From: Chthonomonadales bacterium
GTDB lineage: Bacteria > Armatimonadota > Chthonomonadetes > Chthonomonadales > CAJBBX01
Length of the DNA stretch: 64,000 nt
Direction of reading: 5' to 3'
Assembly: GCA_037443035.1 (NCBI GenBank)
Contig: JBBIPC010000001.1
Span: 96,001-160,000 of the forward strand
Each line of letters begins with the position of its first letter. Within the stretch, counting starts at the first letter, position 1. A program made the translations under genes and the position numbers. Below, in pieces: positions 9,780 through 17,769 of the stretch. Below the pieces are notes generated by a model that ran no database searches, was not told where the DNA came from, and worked only from the letters and a program-made list of their open reading frames with translations.

Positions 9780-11669
9780 ATGGATAGTCAGGAACTCTAC
9801 AGACAGAAGCTCGTGAGCCCTGCCCGTGCTGTGGCGCCCATTCGCTCGGGCAAGCGCGTGTTCGTAGGCGGAGGAGCGGCAGAGCCACAGACGTTAGTCG
9901 AGGCCCTCGTGGCGCGGGCAAGCCGCCTAGCGGACACGGAGATCGTCAACGTCCTCACACTTGGGGTAGCGCTCTACACCGAGGAGCACTTCGCCAATCA
10001 CTTCAGGTGCAACTCGTTCTTCGTCGGACCTAATACCAGGGCCGCGGTGAATGAGTGCCGGGCGGACTACACACCCGTGTTTCTCTCCGAGCTTCCTGGG
10101 CTCTTCCGTCGGGGGCAGATACCCCTGGATTGGGCGCTAGTACAGGTCTCGCCACCCGATCCGCACGGATACTGCAGCCTGGGCGTCTCTGTGGATGTCG
10201 TGAAGGCAGCAGTCGAAAGCGCCCACCATGTTGTGGCCGAGGTGAACCGCCAGATGCCTCGGACGCTCGGGGACAGCTTCGTACACGTGAGTCGGTTCGA
10301 CGCCCTTGTCGAATCCGATCGTCCCTTGCCCGAGTTGCAGCAACCGAAGCTCGACGAAGTCATGGAGCGCATTGGCCGACATGTCGCAGACCTCATCGAA
10401 GACGGTGCTACGATCCAGACTGGAATCGGTGGAATCCCGGACGCCGTGCTGGCCTGCCTGAAGGACAAACACGACCTAGGCATGCACACAGAGATGTTCA
10501 GTGACGGTATCATGGCATTGGTGGAAGCGGGCGTCCTCACCGGACGCAAGAAGACACTGCACCCCGGCAAGATCCTAGCAACCTTCTGCATCGGAAGCGC
10601 GGATCTGTACCGTTTCGTGGATAACAACCCCGGCATCGAGTTCCGCCCGACGGAATACGTGAACGATCCCTATGTGATTGCGCAGAACGACCGTATGGTT
10701 GCTATCAACAGTGCCATCGAGGTGGATCTCACTGGTCAAGTCTGCGCCGACTCGTTCGGCGAGTACTTCTACAGCGGCATCGGTGGTCAGATGGACTTTC
10801 TCCGTGGAGCAGCGCGCAGCCGCGGCGGCAAGCCCATCATCGCCATGCCTTCGACTGCTACGCTCGCTGACGGCACGGTCATCTCTAGGATTGTCCCGAG
10901 CCTGAAGCCAGGCGCAGGTGTCGTTACCTCGCGTGGTGACGTCTGGTACGTAGTCACGGAGTACGGAACGGCGTACCTGCACGGAAAGACGATTCGGGAG
11001 CGTGCGATGGCGCTCATCAGCATTGCCCATCCGGATTTCCGGAAAGAGCTGCTGCACGCCGCGCGCGAACGGAGGCTGGTGACGGTCGAGACGACAGAAC
11101 TGGCGCTGACGCCTCGGTATCCTGAGGAATTGGAGGAGACACGGCGGCTCAGCGACGGCACCGAAGTGTTCGTTCGACCGATCAAAGTGACCGATGAAGG
11201 GCTGATCCGAGAGTTCCACTACCAGTTGTCCGAAGAGACTGTATATCGGCGGTACCGGCGGCCGCTCAAGGCGCTTCCGCACCGCGAGCGGATCCGCCTG
11301 GTCAACGTGGACTACGACCGGGAGATGGCTTTGGTGGTTGTTGTGAGGCATGACGGCAGAGAGGAACTCCTCGGCGTTGGTCGGTACTACGTTGATGAGG
11401 AGACACGTATCGCTGAAATGGCCTTCACAGTGAGAGACGACTGGCAGGATCGTGGTATAGGTTCACTGCTCATGAGCAAGCTGCTGGATGTGGCAAGGAG
11501 CCGCGATCTGGCCGGCGTCGAGGCGCATACTCAGGCTGACAACCACAGGATGATTGCCATACTCATGCGGAGCGGTTTTCTAGCCGTGGGTGAGGATCAC
11601 GAGGACAACACGACGCACTGGCGGCTGATGCTGCGCGAGCAACCGTCACGTCCTCCGGAGGGCGCTTGA
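9780..11669 (+). CDS. acetyl-CoA hydrolase/CoA-transferase fused to a C-terminal GNAT acetyltransferase
   Basis: GMHTEMFSDG (catalytic Glu) and SGIGGQMDF in the transferase; GNAT motif A WQDRGIGSLL. Confidence 0.9.
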   Translation: MDSQELYRQKLVSPARAVAPIRSGKRVFVGGGAAEPQTLVEALVARASRLADTEIVNVLTLGVALYTEEHFANHFRCNSFFVGPNTRAAVNECRADYTPVFLSELPGLFRRGQIPLDWALVQVSPPDPHGYCSLGVSVDVVKAAVESAHHVVAEVNRQMPRTLGDSFVHVSRFDALVESDRPLPELQQPKLDEVMERIGRHVADLIEDGATIQTGIGGIPDAVLACLKDKHDLGMHTEMFSDGIMALVEAGVLTGRKKTLHPGKILATFCIGSADLYRFVDNNPGIEFRPTEYVNDPYVIAQNDRMVAINSAIEVDLTGQVCADSFGEYFYSGIGGQMDFLRGAARSRGGKPIIAMPSTATLADGTVISRIVPSLKPGAGVVTSRGDVWYVVTEYGTAYLHGKTIRERAMALISIAHPDFRKELLHAARERRLVTVETTELALTPRYPEELEETRRLSDGTEVFVRPIKVTDEGLIREFHYQLSEETVYRRYRRPLKALPHRERIRLVNVDYDREMALVVVVRHDGREELLGVGRYYVDEETRIAEMAFTVRDDWQDRGIGSLLMSKLLDVARSRDLAGVEAHTQADNHRMIAILMRSGFLAVGEDHEDNTTHWRLMLREQPSRPPEGA

Positions 11670-11694
11670 CGGATGCTCGCTTACGTGCTACATT
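11666..11694 (+). promoter_or_regulatory. sigma70-type promoter
   Basis: TTGACG, 17 nt spacer, TACATT with extended TG. Confidence 0.55.
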
Positions 11695-11724
11695 CGTGAG
11701 GATAGCGATGGAGCAGGAGGGAGT

Positions 11725-13131
11725 GTGGGGGTGAGACAATTCGGTCGTCCCTTGGGAGTGGCAATCGGAGTGCAAGGGCTGGTGGCGGCTTGGCTCATGG
11801 CGACGGCGTCGGCAGTAGCTGCGCAACAGGGAGAGGGGCAGACACAGGTGACCGCCGTTCAGCCAGCAGTCGTCATCAACTATCGAGAGCGCCCGCGAAT
11901 GCCTTTCGATCCGCAGCGTCTGAAGCTCCGTCCCGTGATTGACGGTGATATAGGCGCAACGGAATGGACGCCGCTGTACACCGTCAGTGAGGGACCGGTG
12001 ACCGGAACTGTCTACATGAACTGGGACGATGATAACGTCTACCTCGCTGCTCGGACGAATCAGGTCGGGTGGATGGTTGTGGACTTGGACGCCGCGGGCG
12101 ATGGCTGGTTGCGTGGCGCAGACAACCTCGAAATCGCTGTCGCACCCCTAGGCGCCAGCGGCACGCCGCCGCTCACTGCGCGCCTGCTCGATGCCGTGGC
12201 GAATCGCGACGTGCCTGCGTGGAATACGAGTGTGGTCAGCCCGCAGCAGATCCAGTGTGTCGTGAGGCAGAACGGCGGAGGCCAGTCGGTCGAGATGGCG
12301 ATTCCGCGGGGGGTGGCAGGTGTTACTCCGCGTGAAGGTGCCCAGATGGGAGTGCGCGTGGATTTCCTGCCTACCGGGACGGTACCCGCGGCCACGGCAC
12401 CGTACGAGCCTCACCTTCTCTTGGACGTTACGCTCGTGGAGTCTCGTTCGACTGGTGTGACAGGTGTTGTGCCGCGGCTATCGTTGGAAGACAGCGAGCT
12501 CGTGCCTGGTCAGGTCTTGCATGCAACCCTGGACCTGGTCAATCAGGTGGACACGCGGCGCACGGTGAGATCGGTCACCTGGACCGGTGTCGGGCCTGCG
12601 CAGAACTACGTGAAGCTGCTGCGCGAAGTGAATATCCCCCCCGTCCTCGGACTCAAGACGCTCCGCCTTCGCTACGCGACCCCTCTGCCCGAAGCTACCG
12701 TGCCAGGGTTCTATCAGTTGACGGTTTCGGCGGTGCTCGATGACGGTTCCGAAGTGAGTGCCACAGCGAGTTTCTCCGTTGTCGAGGCGTTCACGATCCA
12801 ATTGGATGCTGATCCGCTGGACATTGCCCTGATCGGGCCGACGAATGTGAAGGTGACGGCAATCGTGTCTTCGGCGGCACCAGGGTTCAAGAAGGCAGAG
12901 GTGACCCTTTCGCCACCTGCAAGTTGGGAGCTGAAAGGAAAGCCACGGCGCAGCGTCAACATCCACCGCGAGAACGGAGTCGGTCGGGTTACGTACGGGC
13001 TGACGATTCCGTCGGTCACTCAGACCGGCGAGTACCGCGTCTCTGCCGAGGTAACGTGGCGGGGACGGAGCTGGGCGGCACATCGCACCATCAAGGTGAC
13101 GCGCGTCGAGCAGTCACGTCAGGCACCGTGA
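11725..13131 (+). CDS. secreted hypothetical protein (CBM9/DOMON-like N-domain plus Ig-like domains)
   Basis: Signal peptide; PVIDG..EW and WDDDNVYLA resemble CBM9-like folds; beta-rich C-terminal repeats. Confidence 0.6.
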   Translation: MGVRQFGRPLGVAIGVQGLVAAWLMATASAVAAQQGEGQTQVTAVQPAVVINYRERPRMPFDPQRLKLRPVIDGDIGATEWTPLYTVSEGPVTGTVYMNWDDDNVYLAARTNQVGWMVVDLDAAGDGWLRGADNLEIAVAPLGASGTPPLTARLLDAVANRDVPAWNTSVVSPQQIQCVVRQNGGGQSVEMAIPRGVAGVTPREGAQMGVRVDFLPTGTVPAATAPYEPHLLLDVTLVESRSTGVTGVVPRLSLEDSELVPGQVLHATLDLVNQVDTRRTVRSVTWTGVGPAQNYVKLLREVNIPPVLGLKTLRLRYATPLPEATVPGFYQLTVSAVLDDGSEVSATASFSVVEAFTIQLDADPLDIALIGPTNVKVTAIVSSAAPGFKKAEVTLSPPASWELKGKPRRSVNIHRENGVGRVTYGLTIPSVTQTGEYRVSAEVTWRGRSWAAHRTIKVTRVEQSRQAP

Positions 13132-13156
13132 GCATGTAGGCCAAGGACCGTCCGCT

Positions 13157-15232
13157 ATGGTTCCCGCCCGGGCGAGGAATGCTGTTGATGGTTCCTGGGT
13201 GGGGGGCAGAGCGCTCGCCATCTGGTTCCTCTTAGTTGCCGCTTGCCCTATCTCTGCCGACGGGGACCGCGACTTTGTGCGCCTTGGTGGCATCGGAACC
13301 GGGTGGATCTCCATTGGCAAAGATGCTACGTTCGGACCGGTCTTAGGGAGCCCGATCGGCATGGAACCGGTGGGCGTCGGGCCGGGGAGCTTCGCTGCTC
13401 TGTGGACAGAGGCAGGGGGAGTGCGAGCGTCGCGCGTTCTCGCAGGCACAAGCGGCTATGGCTTGCCTGTGAGTCGCCAGATCCGTAGCGGTGCGCACTT
13501 TCCCTTCGCGGATGTAACATTCGCCGACGACGACCTTCCCGTCCGGGTAGAGCTTCGCGCGTTCGTGCCAGTTCTCATACACGACGCGACGGCTTCGAAT
13601 CTGCCATGTGCGGTGCTTGTCTACCGGCTCGAGAATGTCGCACGAGCACCTGTGCAGGCCGCCGTGGCAATGAGCTGGGAGACGATGCTCGGCAGGCCTG
13701 GAAGGAGCAGACGGGGCGTGCCTCTCGAGGACGTCGCTGTGCGCCGAATCCCTCCTAGCGACGGTGCTGTGGGATTCAGGTTCGATGGACCGGAACTAAG
13801 GGACGAACTGGTTCGGGATCTTCGGGTGCACAACGCGCGTGGCTCGGAGGCTGTCCTGGCAGAATACCCTCCTGCAGCGGATGCCAGCACGGCGGTATGG
13901 GACGTTTTCGAGGCGCAACCTTCGTGGTGGCCTGAGTTCGCCGACCGTGGTCAGGTCTCAGTCGCTGGCGTTCAGCATACGCCAGGAGAGGGTATGGCAG
14001 CAGCATGCGTGGCCATACGCCTGGCACTCAAGGCTGGTGAGACGAAGGAGATCGCCTTTGCCGTCGCATGGTACCGTCCTCGGCTGTACGACGGCGCCGG
14101 GCAGGCATGGGTGCCTGCCTACGCGCGGCGGTTTGCCGATGCCCAGGCGGTGGCCACGAATGTCTTGAAAGACCGGCGCATGTATGCGACGTTGTCAGAG
14201 GAATGGCAAGTCGCTGTCAGACGGTCGCCTCTAGGGGCGTCGCGCGTCGAGGCGCTTGCTGCCGAGCTAGAAGAGATGGCCGCATGTTCGTTCTACGGTT
14301 TCCCGGACAGGGACGAGAGACGGCCTCCCGTTGCCTTCCGTCTGGCGGGGGATTCCCGCGAGCCGAACGACCTACTTTCCTCGGCTGAGCGTGCGCGGCT
14401 TCAGGGCTGCTTACTGGCAGCCTTCCCGGAGCTAGACGCGCTGGATCTGAGCGAGCGGGTAAGCCGAATAGCGGAGGGCGTCACCAATCGAGCTGAGGAC
14501 GCCGCGCTGGTACGACTAGTCCATCGGCACCTGGAACGCACTCACGACACAGCGTGGTTGACGAGCGTATGGACGAAGATGCGTGTGGTAGTGCAGAGGA
14601 TGTGGGCGGACGGAGAAGCTGGCCCCGCACTGGATTCGTACACGCTGCGCGCACTGCAAGATCTCGCGGCGTCGGCTAACGATAGCAGGCTGGCGGAGGA
14701 ACTGACCGGACGTCTTGCCAAGACGGAGCGACCGTCAGGAATACCTGTGGCAAGTGCCTGGTCGGCATGGGATGAACGACTCGGATGCGCGCTCGATCAG
14801 GGAGGGGTACTCAAGCTATTGCCGAGCGGCCTCGAGGTTGGCCGTATCCTAGCGGGACCGGTGTTCGATCCTGGCTTCATGGCTACGGTGGAATACCGTC
14901 CGCGTCCCGTCGGTCTGGAGGTCAGCTTCCGGGTAGATCGTCTGCTTCGTCCTTCCTCTCGCATGCCCGATACTGCTAGCACTGCAGGGCTGACACTTGC
15001 GGCCCTCGAGGTGCCTTTGCTGGCGGATGCTGCGGCCGTGAAGCCGCAAGTGGTTCTATCTCGTAGGCCGATCGGGGTTGCGTTGGTCACGGTGAGCGGA
15101 CGCGCAGTGCGAATCGACCTCGATACACCGGTGCTCGTTCAGACCGGCGACACGCTCACGGTGAGTCTGGGGAAGACTGTCGCAGACGTGGCTGCAGACG
15201 AAGCAGCTCTGCAGGCCGCTCGCGGTCCTTAG
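13157..15232 (+). CDS. GH116-like protein (N-terminal domain recognisable, catalytic domain short/divergent)
   Basis: LGGIGTGWISI, FPFADV.F.D, AFVP...D..ASNLP.AV and FAVAWY.P match the GH116 N-domain pattern. Confidence 0.65.
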   Translation: MVPARARNAVDGSWVGGRALAIWFLLVAACPISADGDRDFVRLGGIGTGWISIGKDATFGPVLGSPIGMEPVGVGPGSFAALWTEAGGVRASRVLAGTSGYGLPVSRQIRSGAHFPFADVTFADDDLPVRVELRAFVPVLIHDATASNLPCAVLVYRLENVARAPVQAAVAMSWETMLGRPGRSRRGVPLEDVAVRRIPPSDGAVGFRFDGPELRDELVRDLRVHNARGSEAVLAEYPPAADASTAVWDVFEAQPSWWPEFADRGQVSVAGVQHTPGEGMAAACVAIRLALKAGETKEIAFAVAWYRPRLYDGAGQAWVPAYARRFADAQAVATNVLKDRRMYATLSEEWQVAVRRSPLGASRVEALAAELEEMAACSFYGFPDRDERRPPVAFRLAGDSREPNDLLSSAERARLQGCLLAAFPELDALDLSERVSRIAEGVTNRAEDAALVRLVHRHLERTHDTAWLTSVWTKMRVVVQRMWADGEAGPALDSYTLRALQDLAASANDSRLAEELTGRLAKTERPSGIPVASAWSAWDERLGCALDQGGVLKLLPSGLEVGRILAGPVFDPGFMATVEYRPRPVGLEVSFRVDRLLRPSSRMPDTASTAGLTLAALEVPLLADAAAVKPQVVLSRRPIGVALVTVSGRAVRIDLDTPVLVQTGDTLTVSLGKTVADVAADEAALQAARGP

Positions 15233-16578
15233 CCACGCACGAGGCGCAGGATATCATTGTAAGTGACCGCAAGGATGAGCAAGACGATAATGCCGAGTCC
15301 CACGGCTTGCGCGCCGTAGACCTCTCGCGGTGAGAGCTTGCGTCTGCGCACCAGTTCGGCGGCTAGAAGTAAGAGTTGGCCGCCATCGAGAACTGGGATG
15401 GGCAAGAGATTGAGGACGAAAAGGCTGATGCTGAACTGCGCACCGAGAAGCAGCATGGGGCCAATGCCGAGGCGCTGCACGTCCGTGGCCATCTTTCCCA
15501 TGGCAATGGGACCGCCAACGTTTTCGCGTACTTGCCTCCGGTCACTGAGGACTTCGATCATCTGCCGCACGGAAGCGTAGGTAGAGAAAGTGCCGACGCG
15601 GATGGATTCGAGAACCCCAACGCGACGAAGCTCGGGGTTCGCCACAATACCGATCACGCCCCACGTGACCTTCTTGCCATTCTCGTCGGTGAACTCGCGC
15701 GGCTTGGGCATGACCAACGCCTCGAAGGTCCGAGAGCGTCTGCGAACGGTAATGCGAGTGGGCACGCCGATGCGGCCGTGTATCTGATCAACCAGGTCCT
15801 TCCCATCGCGCACCGGCTTGCCGTCGAGGGCGATGATCCAATCGCCGGGGCGTATGCCCACGCGAGAGGCCTCTCCACCTGGCACGACGTCGGCAACCTG
15901 GTTCGTGATACGGCTATCGCTGGTCGGTAGCCCGACAGTGATCCCCATCATGCTGAAAATGACGTACCCGAAGAGAAGACTGGCGACAGGGCCGGCCACG
16001 ATCACAGCAGCGCGCTGGTAAAGAGGCTTTGCAATGAACAGCTCCGGATCGGCTTTGCGAGCGTGGGCGTTGAGAAGGAGGTCGATCAGCCTGGCCTCGG
16101 ACTCCGAGATATGTTCCGCCTGTCTTAGCATCTGGAGCTGCGCTGCACCTTCATCTGTCAGACGCGCATCGAATCCAATAGCGCCGGCGATGGCTTCACG
16201 GACGACAATGCTGACGTCCTTCGGATCCAGCTTGAGGAGGTTGTCGCGAGCGAGCTGGCGCAGAGTACGGTCCACAGCATCCGGGTGGGAGCTACTGAAT
16301 GCCTGCTGGAGGGTCCGCAATACCGGCATTCCGGCCGCGACGTCCTCGGGTTCCATCCCTGCAATCCGCACAAACCCGCCGAAGGGAATGGCGCGGAGAT
16401 GGAACCGCGTCGCACCGCGTTGGCCCAATCGGGCGATCACGGGTCCGAAGAAGAGGGAGAAGTCCTCGACTCGCATGCCACACCAGCGAGCTGCAAGATA
16501 ATGACCCCCCTCGTGTGCTAGCACCAGTAAGCTGATGGTAATCAGCAGAAAGACAATGCCAAGAAGAATGTCGGTCAT
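15229..16578 (-). CDS. rseP: RIP metalloprotease RseP (M50 family) with PDZ domain
   Basis: HEGGH, PFGGFV, NLLPIPVLDGG; directly downstream of dxr. Confidence 0.92.
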   Translation of the reverse strand: MTDILLGIVFLLITISLLVLAHEGGHYLAARWCGMRVEDFSLFFGPVIARLGQRGATRFHLRAIPFGGFVRIAGMEPEDVAAGMPVLRTLQQAFSSSHPDAVDRTLRQLARDNLLKLDPKDVSIVVREAIAGAIGFDARLTDEGAAQLQMLRQAEHISESEARLIDLLLNAHARKADPELFIAKPLYQRAAVIVAGPVASLLFGYVIFSMMGITVGLPTSDSRITNQVADVVPGGEASRVGIRPGDWIIALDGKPVRDGKDLVDQIHGRIGVPTRITVRRRSRTFEALVMPKPREFTDENGKKVTWGVIGIVANPELRRVGVLESIRVGTFSTYASVRQMIEVLSDRRQVRENVGGPIAMGKMATDVQRLGIGPMLLLGAQFSISLFVLNLLPIPVLDGGQLLLLAAELVRRRKLSPREVYGAQAVGLGIIVLLILAVTYNDILRLVRG

Positions 16579-16590
16579 GTGGACTGTCGC

Positions 16591-17769
16591 CTACTCCGTC
16601 TGAGTATGAAACCGTGGTGCCAGCGCGCAGGCTCGCTGCCGGGCCCAACTGTCCGCCTGCAAGACATTATCGAAGGACTCCTCAACTGGATCATGCTCAG
16701 CCATGACAGCCTGCACTAATTGCATAATACCGAGGAATCCGAGCCGGCGTTTCAAGAAGAGCTCCACCGCAGCCTCGTTGGCTGCGTTCATCACAGCCGG
16801 CATGGTGCCACCGATCTGGAGAGCTCTGCGTGCTATGCCGAGTGCGGGGAAGCGCTCATCGTCGGGAGCGCTGAACTCCAACAGACTGCAGGCGGTGGGC
16901 TCGAGGCGCGGTAGTTCTGTGGGCAACCGTTCCGGATAGACCAGCGCATATTGGATGGGCAGGCGCATGTCAGGAAGGCCGAGCTGCGCCAAGACCGAGC
17001 CGTCTCGAAAGCGGACCATGGAGTGTACGATGCTCTGCGGGTGTATGACGACTTCGATCTGCGACACAGGTACACCGAACAGCCAGAAGGCTTCGATGAT
17101 CTCCAGACCTTTGTTCATCAGTGTAGCTGAGTTGATAGTGACCAAGCCGCCCATAGACCACGTCGGATGGCGCAAGGCGTCTTCAGGCTGCGCCCTGCGC
17201 ATGGTTTCCAGGCTGGCATCTCGAAACGGGCCTCCAGATGCCGTCAGGTAGAGACGTTCGACGTCTGCCGCTGTGTGGCCGATCATGCATTGGAATAGCG
17301 CTGAATGCTCGCTATCGATCGGCAGAATGGGCACACCGGCCTGCCGGGCGAGATCCATGGTCTGCCGACCGGCAGCGACAAGGACCTCTTTGCTTGCCAG
17401 CGCTATCCGCTTTCCGGAGCGGATGGCGGCGTGGGTGGGCCGGATTCCAATGGCACCTGCCACGGCAACGACAACAACGTCGGCCTCACGCAACGTGGCG
17501 AGGTTCACGATGCCTTCGAGGCCACTCAGAACGCGGCACGTATCGTCGCAGAGCTGACGGCACTCGGCAGCGGCACTAGGGTCCATGACAGCCACGGTAC
17601 GCACGCCGAACTCACGTGCTTGGGCCGCTAGTGCGGATGCGTTGCGGTGTGCCGCCAGCCCTACGACCTCGAGGCGTCGTGGCAGGCGTCGGACGATGTC
17701 CAGCGTCTGAGTCCCGATGGAACCTGTAGAGCCTAGGATGACGATCCGCGTTCGAGGCGGCGTGCTCAC
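16591..17769 (-). CDS. dxr: 1-deoxy-D-xylulose-5-phosphate reductoisomerase
   Basis: LGSTGSIGTQ, PIDSEHSA, NKGLE, HPQSIVHS motifs. Confidence 0.98.
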   Translation of the reverse strand: MSTPPRTRIVILGSTGSIGTQTLDIVRRLPRRLEVVGLAAHRNASALAAQAREFGVRTVAVMDPSAAAECRQLCDDTCRVLSGLEGIVNLATLREADVVVVAVAGAIGIRPTHAAIRSGKRIALASKEVLVAAGRQTMDLARQAGVPILPIDSEHSALFQCMIGHTAADVERLYLTASGGPFRDASLETMRRAQPEDALRHPTWSMGGLVTINSATLMNKGLEIIEAFWLFGVPVSQIEVVIHPQSIVHSMVRFRDGSVLAQLGLPDMRLPIQYALVYPERLPTELPRLEPTACSLLEFSAPDDERFPALGIARRALQIGGTMPAVMNAANEAAVELFLKRRLGFLGIMQLVQAVMAEHDPVEESFDNVLQADSWARQRACALAPRFHTQTE

